A model generated the notes under the pieces. It searched no databases. It saw only the letters and a list, made by a program, of their open reading frames with translations, and was not told the origin of the DNA. Positions 1-12,998 of a stretch of 64,000 nt of DNA are shown in pieces. This stretch comes from Eledone cirrhosa (taxonomy: Eukaryota), in the NCBI GenBank assembly GCA_964016885.1, contig OZ024740.1, forward strand, positions 243,970,001-244,034,000. Direction: 5' to 3'. Each line of letters starts with the position of its first letter. Within the stretch, counting starts at the first letter, position 1. A program made the position numbers and the translations under genes.

Positions 1-382
1 GTTGTTCCCGGTGCAGTTGGTATTGTTGCTGTTGATGTTGTCGCTGTTATCACTCTTGCAGTTGGTTATATCTTTGGTGCTGCCGTTGTTCCCGGTGCAG
101 TTGGTATTGTTGCTGTTGGTGTTGTCGCTGTTATCACTCTTGCAGTTGGTTATATCTTTGGTGCTGCCTTGTTCCCAGTGCAGTTGGTATTGTTGGTGTT
201 GGTGTTGTCGCTGTTATCACTCTTGCAGTTGGTTATATCTTTGGTGCTGCCGTTGTTCCCGGTGCAGTTGGTATTGTTGCTGTTGGTGCTGTCGCTGTTA
301 TCACTCTTGCAGTTGGTTATATCTTTGGTGCTGCCGTTGTTCCCGGTGCAGTTGGTATTGTTGCTGTTGGTGTTGTCGCTGT
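1..382. repeat. 84-bp unit minisatellite, about 4.5 copies, runs off the window start
   Basis: Unit GTTGTTCCCGGTGCAGTTGG...GGTGCTGCC recurs at 1, 85, 168, 252 and 336; the second unit lacks 1 nt. Confidence 0.95.
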
Positions 383-452
383 TTATGTTCTGGTTAGTGG
401 GTGTTAATTTCGGTGTTGTTTTTGTTGTCATCATTTCTGTTGTCTGTATTTC

Positions 453-681
453 TGTTGTCGCTGTTACTGCTGTGGTTGATGTTGTCGTTGTTACTGCTGT
501 GGTTGATGTTGTCGCTGTTACTGCTGTGGTTGATGTTGTCGTTGTTACTGCTGTGGTTGATGTTGTCGTTGTTACTGCTGTGGTTGATGTTGTCGCTGTT
601 ACTGCTGTGGTTGATGTTGTCGTTGTTACTGCTGTGGTTGATGTTGTCGCTGTTACTGCTGTGGTTGATGTTGTCGTTGTT
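453..681. repeat. 27-bp unit minisatellite, about 8 copies
   Basis: GTTACTGCTGTGGTTGATGTTGTCG(C/T)T is repeated in tandem. Confidence 0.95.
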
Positions 682-1077
682 TATTTTTAAGGTTATTTAT
701 TCTTCTCACTATTGGTGTTGCTGCTGCAGCTGTTCATGCTGTTTGTGGTGGTGCTGCTAAATGTGTTTGTAGTATAAATCAATGTGCTTGCCGCTTCCCT
801 CCTCTCAACATTTAGGTCGCTGTCACTCGACAGCATACCCAAAGGTGGGGCGTGGCTCAGTCATATTTTTTTTTCGAGAATTTTTTTTTAAATACAAAAA
901 GTACAGATATTTGGGCCCGAAGGCCCAAATATTACACAGTTACCCCTTCACAGTGCAAAGATGGTAGTCTTACGACCCTTTTCAAAGAATTCAACAATAA
1001 ATGAATATAAACAGAAAATTTACTACTTTTGTGGAGCTCCAAAAACATGTCTTCACTGTCTGACAGCCAATAATAAT

Positions 1078-1237
1078 TGTTTCTACTTTAGGCACAAGGC
1101 CAACAATTATCTCAGTGCATTACTGGTACTTTATTTTATCGATCCCGTAAGGATGAAAGGAAAAGTTAACCTCGGCGGGATTTGAACTCAGAATGGCAAG
1201 GGACGTAACTCTATGCGTCAAAGCATGGCGTCCGACC
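1078..1237 (-). mobile_element. tRNA-derived SINE (Nin/Deu-domain-like core), 5'-truncated
   Basis: Reverse complement of the window's SINE consensus (B-box-like GAGTTCAAATCC; core CCTTTCATCCTTACGGGGTCGATAAAATAAAGTACCAG). 18-bp TSD CTGACAGCCAATAATAAT at 1060-1077 and 1238-1255. Confidence 0.9.
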
Positions 1238-1557
1238 CTGACAGCCAATAATAATAATAAAAGGTAATAGATCCTAATTGTAGTAGATAGAGAATTCACT
1301 TTAAGTGATAATTTGATGGAATTGTGTGTATGCATCAGTTGGCCCATACTAGCCAAGACGGTTTGTGAGCTCAGAAATAAGATAGTCGTTTGTGTGGTTA
1401 AAATTGGCTGGCATCATTAACTAGCCGTGCTGATAGCGTCTGTCTTTGTAATACGTGGAGACAATTAACATGTATTTTATCCAAATTTAACAACTGGGCA
1501 ATGCCTTCATTGGTGATCAGGCTTTGGGGGAAAGTAGTTTACCTACCCCGAAATAAT

Positions 1558-1776
1558 GGTTTCTTATATAGACACAAGGCCAGCAATTCCGGGGGAGGAG
1601 AAAGTCAATTAAATCGACCCCAGTGTGTGACTGGTACATGATTTTATCGACCCCGTAAGGATGAAAAGCAAAGTTAACATCGGCGGGATTTGAACTCAGT
1701 TAATAAAGGGCCGTAAGTCTATGCTGCAAAGCATGGTGTCCGACCCTCTACCGATACTGCAAATCCACCGCCCTAC
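1558..1776 (-). mobile_element. tRNA-derived SINE, longer subfamily
   Basis: Full head (GGCGGTGGATTTGCAGTATCGG), B box and core, with an extra 3' segment. 17-bp TSD ACCTACCCCGAAATAAT at 1541-1557 and 1777-1793. Confidence 0.9.
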
Positions 1777-2286
1777 ACCTACCCCGAAATAATACAATAT
1801 ATATCATTTCTGTCCGAGATACACAAGCAATTATCTACTGACATACAAGCATGTAAAGATCAGTTCATACACATCAAGATAGTCACAGTGTCAGACGTAT
1901 CTACAGGCAGATACATTTTAGATGAGAACATATAGACGATCTTACACATACCCAGCCGTATGAATACACCTCCACATCGATTCATATCGCCTAGTGTATT
2001 GATCGATACAATGAGATACTCAGATGGATGTTTAGTTCAGGTATTGGTAACCTTCACGTAGACACGGGTATTAATACTCGTTCATACGCTCATACAGACA
2101 CGTACGTATGGTCATATATCTATATGGACCTACCAATGGGCACTCTCACACATATGTATGCGTACCTGTACTACATACGTACTTATACCTATACCTACCT
2201 ACATACATACATACATACACACTCACAAGGAAAAGGTTACCTGCATGCATGCCCACACATACAAACCGGGACACACATATAAGTGC

Positions 2287-2325
<39 letters not shown>

Positions 2326-2449
2326 CACAGAGATACATTCACTCGTCTAGACGCATGTACGCATATGCATAGGCACATAAACACAGACAGATATCTACAT
2401 ACTTACATATATACACACACATATATATGAACGCACACACATGCGTTTA

Positions 2450-2712
<263 letters not shown>

Positions 2713-3405
2713 AGCATGCATTTACACACACATGTAGATACACATTAAAATGCACACGCATGCATACACACACATATACAAGCACATAGATATTCATTAT
2801 AATTATATTGACAGGTACAAAGATAAATACAACCAAGACTAAATGGAAAATTGGAAAAAATGTAAAAAAAAATAATCGGATGGATGAAAAAATTTGAGTA
2901 CACACGTGCACACACATGCGCACAAGAGATATATTTTCACTGGTGTATGTCACATTCCTACGGTACTTATGTGTATTATGTTGTAACGTTACACAAATGT
3001 GATCGGTTGTGGGCAGATATAACTTGAAGTGGGTGGGTGTCTGAATGCATGCCTTTAATCTGGACATAGTGTGAACAGAGTGGTAAATATGTAACCTGTG
3101 AATAGCGTGAACAGAGAGGTAATTGTATGGGTGAAGTGGCTGAGGTAAAAAGCATGGTGGAAAAAAAGTGGGGTTAGGTTTGCTGAGAAGAGGGCGGCAG
3201 CTGTATCAATGGGAGGTACCTGAGCCTGTTATTGCTTTTGGAGTTGGGCAGGCAGATCGTTTCTAGTGTTCAGTTCGGCAGATGGCCATCTGGTTACACA
3301 CTGGTGCGAAGGGGCGCGTAGGTTATCACTTAGGTTGTCCGATGCATTGAAATGTCGACATGACTGAAGGATTCAAAGTCTTGACTTATGTACGTCCATT
3401 ATTTA

Positions 3406-3533
3406 GGCCCTTTATGGTCTGAGTTCAAATCCCGCCAAGGTTAACTTTGTCTTTCATCCTTACGGGGTCGATAAAATAAAGTACCAGTAATGTACTGGGT
3501 AATTGCTGGCCTTGTGCCAAAAGTAGAAACAAT
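3406..3533 (+). mobile_element. tRNA-derived SINE, 5'-truncated
   Basis: CTGAGTTCAAATCCCGCC...CATCCTTACGGGGTCGATAAAATAAAGTACCAG...AGTAGAAACAATT. Confidence 0.88.
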
Positions 3534-4171
3534 TATTTGGTAAACTATTTGTTAGATTAATGTAAAAGGTAACTAATTGTGTTAACTGGCTCAAGCCTGT
3601 GTGTGTTTGAGCACATATTAGGTGGTGCTGGAAAGGGATGTAGTATCTCATGTAGGGCAGTGCGCGTATAGGGGAAGCCGAGCCTTAATGTGCTTATGTA
3701 CTTATTTTTATAGATTATGTTTAGTTAATTTGCTGGTTTGCATGTAGTCCGCCGGGGTCCTCTGTAGTCCTGTGTGCTCAGACTGAGATGTGATGGCTTA
3801 TCGATGAGTGTTGGAGGGTTGGGTTATTGGAATTCTGCTATTGTTAAATATGTGTAGGAGGGCATAGGTAGTGTAATTGGTAGGGTGAGTAAAAGGATAT
3901 AGCCATTTCGTCGACATGTATGCATAGAGAGGAGATCCTGGTAACATATAACTTATTATGGTTCTGGTTTTGGTTATCCGGTGGTAACATTATATAGGGT
4001 TGCTAAAGTGGTAGGACTTCCGGAGAGGTTATGCGGGTATATAAGGTTAGCGTTAGTGGCTACGTTAGTTTGTAGAATTTAAATGTTCTGAGGGTTTCGT
4101 GGTTGCAGGATATTATAAATTATTGTTTTTCTTTTGTTTAAGAGTGGTTGTTTAGCGGTCATTATTAGGTA

Positions 4172-4356
4172 AGTGAATTGGCAGTATCGGTAGAGGGTCG
4201 GACGCTATACTTTGATGCATAGAGTTACGGCCCTTGCCATTCTGAGTTCAAATCCCGCAGAGGTTAACTTTGCCTTTCATCCTTACAGGGTCTATAAAAT
4301 AAAGTACCAGTAATGTACTGGGTAATTGCTGGCCTTGTGCCAAAAGTAGAAACAAT
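4172..4356 (+). mobile_element. tRNA-derived SINE
   Basis: Near-full consensus; ATTATTAGGTAA is duplicated on both flanks (TSD). Confidence 0.9.
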
Positions 4357-4783
4357 TATTAGGTAAATTTCCTAATCTCTCTCTCTCTCTCTCTCTCTCT
4401 CCCCCTCTCTCTGTATGAGTGTGTGTGTGTGTGTCCGTGTGCATAATGTGGAACAACGTCAGAATATTAGGAATACAATGTGAAGTAGGCAATTAATTCA
4501 TAGTTCTACGCCCGTAGATCGTACACACACACACACACACACACACATCTATGTAGAAGGACCGCATTTGCCAATGTGCTTTTTCCAATTTAACACTGAT
4601 GGTTTGTCTCCGTCTCCCTTATAATTTCTAGTTCATGAGTAGTTGAAATATGAGACATGATATCAGTTTGTACGTTACTCCAGTAGAGTGGCTGTAATTA
4701 GGTGCTGTGTGATCTTTGACTAACAAGGGTGACAGAAGAGAAGATTTTGTTTCCAATTACATATCGATGCATAAACATCATTA

Positions 4784-4970
4784 TGCGGTGGATTGGCAGT
4801 ATCGGTAGAGGGTCGGACGCCATGCTTTCCAGCATAGTTACGTCCCTTTACGATCTGAGTTCAAATCCCGCGGAGGTTGATTTTGCCTTTCATCCTTACG
4901 GGGTCGATAACATAAAGTACCAGTAATGCACTGGGTAATTGCTGGCCTTGTGCCTAAAGTAGAAACAATT
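4784..4970 (+). mobile_element. tRNA-derived SINE, full length
   Basis: GCGGTGGATTGGCAGTATCGGTAGAGGGTCGGACG...GTAGAAACAATT; very similar to the other young copies. Confidence 0.92.
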
Positions 4971-5355
4971 ATATTGAAATTTACTATAGAATAAAAATCA
5001 TAATTTTTGTATTTTAAAAAATTTATTTTATTTCATCACTGGGTGGTAGATTTAATATGTCGCCTGATTTAACATCCGCACCTGGTCCCTGGGTACTTGG
5101 ACGGAGTCCACTCGTTTTCAAGCATTCAACATATAGAGCCAGATTTCCAGTTTACGCATAACTTTCTCTTTTTCCCCAGCAGTCGCGTAGGCCCTCAAAC
5201 TGTGTGATGGGCACAACCCTTCCTTCTCTATGTGATAACAGAGAGTACAAGATAACATTTTTTATGTTTATGTAACAATAATTAATCTTGGTATAATTCA
5301 GGTGTATATTGAAAGAAACGATGGTGTACTGTTTTGATGGTTTGAGAAATTTTCA

Positions 5356-5655
5356 TTATTCGAGGGGAAATATTTTGTTGCTGGCTTTGTTCAATGGTGA
5401 CGTTTTTCTAATCTGTGGCAAATTAGACTGAGGAGATATGGTGTTGGTGTTAGAATTCTGTTCTAGAGGTATTGTTAGTTGAGAATCTTCATGTGAAGGA
5501 GATGTTTTTAACTGAATTACTTGTTCTTGGCTTTCTTTGGTATCTTTCACTGGAGATATACAGTTGTCGGGCTCAACAGGACTGCTGTTTTCTTCTTCTT
5601 CTGTCGTTACTGTTGACTTCGTTCTAGAGATAAGCCAGTAACATGCATTTGAAGA
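5356..5655 (-). CDS. PstS-domain receptor guanylate-cyclase-like gene, coding exon 3 (terminal)
   Basis: Acceptor TTTTATTTTCAG ends at 5656, phase 0. Translates SSNACYWLISRTKST...KIFPLE*; CYWL matches the terminal TYWL motif of receptor guanylate cyclases. In frame with ORF 5356..5550. Confidence 0.8.
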   Translation of the reverse strand, partial: SSNACYWLISRTKSTVTTEEEENSSPVEPDNCISPVKDTKESQEQVIQLKTSPSHEDSQLTIPLEQNSNTNTISPQSNLPQIRKTSPLNKASNKIFPLE

Positions 5656-5815
5656 CTGAAAATAAAAATATAATAAAAATTTTAAATTCTTAAGCAGTTT
5701 GTCAATATTTGAATAGAATAAATGTTTTCTGCAATGATTTTATGGAAACCCTTCGAAATTGCTAGAGAAAGGACCGCTGTGAGTTGTCATACACACACAC
5801 ACACACACACACACA

Positions 5816-5856
<41 letters not shown>

Positions 5857-6404
5857 ACATATATATATATGTATATACTGTATATATATGTATGTGTGTA
5901 TGGGTGTATGTATATTTAAAAAATAATCTTTTTAGGTATGTGTGCCCGGCCGATTAACTCACTCGATATGCAAATTAGGCTGCTCAGCCGTTAATATGCG
6001 TAAGGAAAGTATATACTTTCAGACGTTCAATCATCTGGCAGGAAGGTATACGTTGCTGACGATAGCTAATAAGCTTGAAACTAGTACAGCGTTCCTTTGT
6101 CAGTGTTGAACAAATGAGCAACGATGGTTGCTAGACACTGTACGGCTTAATTCGGGATGTTTGTTTACAAACACACCGAGCATTATAATAAATATTCGGT
6201 GAATCCATACGTACATATATGTATGTATGCATGTATGTATATATATATACATACTATTGTATACATATATGTATGTACGTATACATACTTATATTTAAGT
6301 AACAGCCGTACTAAGAGTGAGAAATGAAATTTCGTTACATTTTTCCGTTTAATCTTTTTATGTTTTCCCATAAAATTTGTCCTCACTTTGTTATGTTTCT
6401 TAAG

Positions 6405-6443
<39 letters not shown>

Positions 6444-6444
6444 T

Positions 6445-6582
6445 TACGTTATACGATCTAGCCCTAGCTAGGATCTTCCAGTGTAACTTATATTGGGTAT
6501 GGTTGTCTTTTAGACTCCAGATATAAGCTGAAAGTGACGTCATATTCCTTCTTAAAGGGTAACGAAAAAAATGGGTATGCAA
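6445..6582 (-). mobile_element. Penelope-like GIY-YIG fragment
   Basis: HTHFFRYPLRRNMTSLSAYIWSLKDNHTQYKLHWKILARAR is nearly identical to the ORF at about 58850-58985. Confidence 0.85.
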
Positions 6583-6625
6583 TATATCAATTAGCAATCA
6601 AATATTGAAGTTTATTCTTTCTTTA

Positions 6626-6759
<134 letters not shown>

Positions 6760-6829
6760 AGATGAGAGAGTGAGAGGAAGATAGATAAAGAAAGAATAAA
6801 CTTCAATATTTGATTGCTAATTGATATAT

Positions 6830-6955
6830 CGGCCTCAGAAGAATAAAAGGCAAAGTCGACTTCGGCAGGATTTGAACTCAGAAAGGAAAAAAGTATATAA
6901 CTAAATACTGCGAAGTTATTTGTTCGCAGCTCTAATGATTCCGCCAATTCAAACG
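6830..6955 (-). mobile_element. Diverged SINE
   Basis: AAAGGCAAAGTCGACTTCGGCAGGATTTGAACTCAG. Similarly decayed copies lie at about 7470-7600, 9800-9930, 13270-13350 and 14890-15020. Confidence 0.7.
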
Positions 6956-8429
6956 GCATCCCCAGGCCTATAATTAACTAATTAACTAACTATCTAACAA
7001 TAACAACAACAACAACAACAACAACAACAACGAGCTAATGAGATAGCCTCTAAATAGTCATTCCATCTGCTATAAATGACAACCAAGTTACCCTCAAATG
7101 ATATCCTTCTATATTAATCAGAGAAAGAGTTATTGGATAATGTAGCCTAGACAAAAAGACAGGATATTTTCGGCTGGAAAGCAGTTCATTATAGTCTGCT
7201 TCTTCAGGCGCCATCTGGGGATAAACAACAATAGCTAACAGTAGATCTTCATTGACTACCTCAGTAGCAATAGGCATCGCATACAAAATCTAAACGACGG
7301 CTACCACTCACAATCGAACACAATATAGCAGTAGTATGTAAATCTACTATGGCGCCCTTGTAGACGCAAGCACACACAGACACCTTCTCGGCTTTCCCCA
7401 CTTTTGTTTCCGTTTAACACTCAGGATAATACAGCCGAAAGAAGAGAACGCTACCAAAAACACTAGATTGGTAGTCTTTCATTGATCCCTGAAAGGATGA
7501 AAGGCATAGTGGATCTTGAAGGGATTTGAACCCATGACATACGGAGTCAGAGTAAATATCGCAACGCATTCTACCCGACTCTCTAAAGACTCTGCTAATC
7601 AGTTATCATATGGACATTATAAAAGAAGTATTATTGCTATATGTTTATAAGGCGACATTTAAAAATAAATAGCAATTCTTTCTGATACAGTTAAACTTTA
7701 TTAAACTTACTTTGAACCAAAATATTTGTAACACATCAACGAAACTATTTTCCTACTGCGAAACTCAAACTTGATAAACCGGCTATAGAACTTCGGAAGA
7801 TTACAAAAAGATGAGATGTTGATAATTGCAACACATATAGCAAAATAACAGATATTCATAAAAGAACTGAGGTAGACAGCATTTCAAACTAACATTCTTG
7901 GATATCTGCTCAACAGACTATTATTCATATATTGTGGTATCAGCTAAAAGCATTGAACTTACGAAATAATATTCATGATGAATTATTAAACAGAATAGAA
8001 GGACATGGATATTTAACCGCAAAATATAGCAGGCATGCATGTGTGGTTAAGATGTTTACTTCGTAACTATATAGTTTCGGGTTCAGCCACATAGTGTGGC
8101 ACTTTGTAAACTGAACACAACCACCTACTTACGATTTTTATTCATTGAATTCGATAAAGAATGTTTGTATAACCCAACTATCGGATAAGAAAACCTTGAG
8201 CACGATTGAAAAGATAAACCTAAACCTATCATTAGGGCACAGGAATGGCTGTGTGATTTAGAAATTCACTTCGAAACCATATGTTCCCGAGTTTAATTGC
8301 ACCACGTAGCACATAGTCATTGGTTGACTAATATGAATGAATAGTATGTGAATGTTAAGTATGATTGATTCATCAATAGGGAGAATGCAAGAATAGCATA
8401 GTCCCCAGAACTGTGAGCCCACAGCAAGA

Positions 8430-8780
8430 AAAAGTGGCTATTGTTAAGCTATCCAGACAACTACATTTGGTCTTCTTAATTGGTCATTACAAGAACTCGG
8501 TGAGATGGATATACGTACTCGCAAACTGCTCAGTGTTCCTGGAAAGCTCAATATATATGAGGATGTAGAAAGATTATATTTAAAACACAAGGAGGATAGT
8601 TGTGGTTTTAAATCGGTATTAACATAGTAGCTGATCCCGATTCTGCCACCGAAGCATCATCCACAGCAGAGAAAAACATTGGGTAATTATTTCACTGAAG
8701 TTTGTGAGCATGGAAATAAACAATATTACTAGGATTACTAATGAACTTGAGGAAGGATATGAAATAAAAGTCGACACATA
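8430..8780 (+). mobile_element. Old decayed R4/Dong-type LINE fragment
   Basis: Hand translation TFGLLNWSLQELGEMDIRTRKLLSVPGKLNIYEDVERLYLKHKEDSCGF aligns with SAGILRWNVAEQKEMDRKTRKLLTIYNMFHKRSDVDRLYLRRSEGGRGL of the young element at 21-23 kb. Confidence 0.7.
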
Positions 8781-10213
8781 TCTCTCTCTGAGAAACACTT
8801 ACCATAAGAACAACAAAAATAATGGACTAATTTACGCAAACACCCCCACCAGAATCTTGTGTGCTTTTGGAAGAGCCCATTCTGTTGCAAGCATTTGAAC
8901 CAGATCTCTAGTTTAAGGTTACCTTCCTCATCCCAGTTGTCTCGGACGTCACGAAGTGAGTCATGGATAATGCCTTTCCTTCTCTGACTAAAACAGTAAA
9001 AATAGATAACAATGAAGGACTCCATAAAGAAATCCTCTAGAATAATACAAACCCTGATCAATAACGGTATATAAACAAACTATTTATTAGAATATAGACA
9101 CGAATATAGCAGATATCACACCTAATAAATATACACAAACCGGTCATACATATTATATGAATGAAATACTTTCTAACAATAGAATATATAAACACATTAT
9201 CAAAAACTACATAGAACAGGATGTAAAATGCATTACACAAACTAACACTAAAAATGTACTGCAAAAACTAACTTTCTTTCAGCGTCAAGCTGTTAATGTC
9301 TAATGGGATTTACACATTTTATTACAAACGTGAAAGTTGTAAAACTCATGACTCTAACAATTATATTTATCGTACAGGTACGTTCAACACATACCTGTCA
9401 GCTCACCATATGCTTACAATTAGCAGCAATTACTATACACTGTATTACCCAACGTAAAACAAAACTAGTTGGGAAAACACCATGCAGAATTCCCTACAAA
9501 ATGTAGACGGTTATTTATGGAAAGCACTGGTAAGCACTGGTAAGCACTGGTAAGCACAACAAGATGCTAAAATAAACAGATGACACATACTAGTTTACAA
9601 TAAACACTCCCTGACCTCTGAACTAATATACTGTAGGTATGTGTGGACCCGCAACCTCTTATAGAGTAATAGAGGCGCCGTCTTGAATATTTTAAACCTG
9701 GCGGAATCTATCCCCCCTGCAGGGGAGAACATAGCCGATTTATTCAAGAAAAGGAGAGAGTGTGATAGACTGGAAGAGTGAAACAGATATAGAAGAATTG
9801 CTACTTTTTTATCGACCCCAAAAGGATGAAAGAAGCAAAGTTAAACTCGGCTGGTTTAGAACGCAGAGCACAAAAAGCCGAAGGAATACCGTAAACGAAT
9901 TCTACCGGACGTTCTTACGAATCTGTCAACGCACAACCGGAACTAATATATTAACGAACAAAAATTCAAATTCCAGCGGTTATATCAATCCCATTGGCCA
10001 TGAATGTCTAGAAATACTAACGATAGAGTTGGGAAATTTAATGTTCCAAACTGTTAGAAACTCAAAATATGAAAAGAAAAGATAAAAATGAAAACGAAAA
10101 CTAAAACCTGTTTGTTATACATGTCTAAAAGAAAAGCTGTTTACCACCTTCTCCCTACACAATAGATAAATATAGATATATACAGACACACACACACATA
10201 TACATACGTACAT

Positions 10214-10303
<90 letters not shown>

Positions 10304-10420
10304 ATGTATGTATATATGCATGCTTGTATATGTATGTATATATATTTATATACATATATATCATGTATGTGTGTATGTATAAATACATATATGTATGGAT
10401 TGATAGATTGCTGAACAAAC

Positions 10421-12998
10421 CGTTATATCTTCATCAATATGGAAAGAATTGTCAGTGGCAAGAATGTCTTTGACTTCTTTTGAAATCCGTAATTTCGAAG
10501 GTTTGCTGCAATTTAACAATGTTTTCATTTCAATTAAACCAGTTCCGAAGACATAAACACCTTTCGGAGATTCTGCCATTCCAATATGAAGATTACCTAT
10601 ATTCATTGCAGCACGTATCGTTATATTTTGTAGCTGAGGGTCACATTTTTGAAAAATGTCTATCCATTCCACTGCTAAGTCTGCAATTGTAATTACACGT
10701 GTAGTTTTGTCTGCTTCATTTTCCATTCCAGTTACGTATATCCAAGTGCTGGTTTCTGTTGCTATTTGACAGACATTCTTCTTGGAAACTTTGTCTTCTA
10801 TTAGATAATGTATTCTATTTAATACCACAGCAACGTCTTCCATTTCTCGTTTAGCAAGAAATTGTTGAAATTCATACAGTTCTATACACAGAAAACAGTT
10901 GTCAACGTGATTGTTCAATTTAAACTGTTGATCCGATATCAGATTTGGTAAAATAAACTTTGGCATATAACGGCTCAGCTGTTGCTCCATTCTTCCTTTT
11001 GCTAGATTCAATTCATTTGTTCTTTCTTCAATCCGCGTTTCTAAATGTTCAGTGTACTCCTCCATAGCCTCCATCATACTATCTAAGACACTTTTACGAA
11101 ACGGATTTGCATTTTTAAGCATTTTATGTATTTGGTCGAAAGTTGGTCGACTAGTAGACATTGAAGACCAAGCTATTTCCATGATCTGGCGGACCTGTAT
11201 AGGTGTATCGTCATTTGTTTGGGGACGAAGATTATTAAAAATAATTGCATTGAAGATTTCATCCAAGTTCATGGTATCAGCTAGTTCAATATATGGTTCA
11301 TCTCGGCTAAAAATCTCTTGTAGAATAATTGCGAAACTATACACATCGCTATTAATCGTTGGGAATTTGATAAAGTTTGAAGCTAGTATTTCTGGAGCCA
11401 CCCAAAAGTCATTGATTATAAAGTCTTTGTCTTCAGGAACACCATTGAGTTGTCTCTTCCATATCAACGGGTTTTTCAGGGGATTAATAACAGAGTACAA
11501 ACGACAATACTCCCAATCTGCTATCTTTACTGTCCATCTGCTATCGATCATACAGCAGGAAGAGTGTAGATTTCCGTGAATTATTCCCATGGCATGCAAG
11601 TAGGTCATACCACTTACTATATCGATGGATAAGGAAAACTTAAAATCTGTAGTTAAATTGTATTTCCCGTCCTGAAGAATTTCTGTAAGGGTTCCTTTCG
11701 AACAGTATTCATTAACAGCAAACCTGTCGTTATAATCGATTTCAGTTAATCCATAAAACCTAAGAACGTTCGAATGTAAAATATGTTCACGCATCCATAT
11801 TAGTTCACGTTTTGTTTTCTGATCTATACGAGCAAAGTCAGGCACATTTAAAAGCCTGATTCCAATTTGCTGACCTTTCCACCGGCCAGGCCATTGTAAA
11901 ATCTGTGATAGGATCATTTCACCATCGGGAATATCATTTATAGATTTGAACGACCTTATTGATCTAAAAAATGTCATTTTTGATTTTTTGGTGTTACCTT
12001 TGTCTTCGTAATAAAACAGAATACTCTCAATAGCAATATTCCATTCATTATTGTTAATCATTTTCCTGAACTTCAGCTTTTGGTAGAGAATGTAACCAAA
12101 TAAAGCTAACAATATTAAACAAAATAGAGGAATAAGCACTGCTACTGGAGTCTTCCATTTTTCCTCAACGTAATTTTCTCTTATTTTATCTTCAGCGACC
12201 TTATCCCACAGTGAAAACCCATTGCATTCCATCTTTAGCAATATTTCTTTTTTAATTTTCATCTTTAGTTCATTTGTCACAGGTATCATGTTTTCTCTTT
12301 TACAAATCGTTCTGGCATATTTGTCACTTGTGAACCACTCGATAAAACGAAGAAGTTCTTTAGCAGCATCACATTTTTTATATTGTTTCAGACGAATAAC
12401 CATATATGTAAATCCAAGAATTGGATAAATCCCTTCAATAGGAATGTCAACAAGTGTTTCTGTGAATGAACGCACCATTGAACTCTGAAAATATTTTTCT
12501 AAAGCCATTTGTATGGAAGTTTCATCATCTGGAGAAACAAAATAGCCTTTCTCATTTTCCACTCTTGCAAGTGAAAGTTGGAACTTTTTCGCTTCATTAA
12601 CAACTACATACCCAATTGAATAGTCGAATGACGCTATTATTCCTGCCATTCCTGAATTTTTTTTCCCGTAATATTTCACAGCTTGTGGATTCCATTTGAT
12701 TGGTTTGTTTCTGCCGTCGCTAGTGCCGACAGAAAAAACACCATATTGTTTTTCCCATTCCTCATCAAAAGAACTCAGTGCTGTTGTGAACATATTGGTA
12801 GTACCTGATTTACTTTGGCGGGCAAGGACTAATATTTCGGTATCTGGCAAGTTTACACCGGGGTTCGTTTGTGTAAATGTAGTGTCGTTCCAATGAGTAA
12901 ATGTTCCGTTATAAATGCCGACAAGTTGTTCTCTGGACAAATTCAAGGGAAAACCGAATGACTTCACTTCCGGGAGATTGTATGCAATAGAAATAGCC
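10421..12998 (-). CDS. PstS-domain receptor guanylate-cyclase-like gene, coding exon 2 (2578 nt): C-terminal part of PstS domain, TM, kinase-homology domain, coiled coil, degenerate cyclase
   Basis: Acceptor TTTATTACAG|G is phase 2, matching exon 1; donor ACG|GTTTGT is phase 0. PstS motifs: YNLP, LNLSREQLVGIYNG..WND, ARQSKSGTT, SIGYV, YPI. TM: VAVLIPLFCLILLALFGYILY. KHD: HGNLHSSCCMIDSRWTVKIAD, WVAPE, SDVYSFAIILQEI. Hinge: LDSMMEAMEEYTEHLETRIEERTNEL. Confidence 0.93.

Noticed and set aside
2-760. Hydrophobic or Cys-rich ORFs over the minisatellites
   Set aside because: They are translations of GT-rich tandem repeats with a frameshifting unit. The Thr-rich minus frame is preceded by an in-frame TAA and has no acceptor.
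907-932. Perfect 11-bp hairpin ATATTTGGGCC-CGAA-GGCCCAAATAT
   Set aside because: It is isolated, with no context that assigns a function.
2990-4160. Possible decayed retroelement on the minus strand
   Set aside because: The composition is suggestive, but I could not translate a diagnostic motif with confidence.
4784-4970. SINE heads as tRNA genes
   Set aside because: They have A/B-box-like motifs but no cloverleaf, and they continue into a shared core and tail with TSDs.
10361-12967. ORF-track 868-aa protein as a complete single-exon gene
   Set aside because: It starts at a GTG inside the PstS domain with no signal peptide and ends in microsatellite-derived IHICIYTYTHT. Splice sites at 12998 and 10421 explain both ends.
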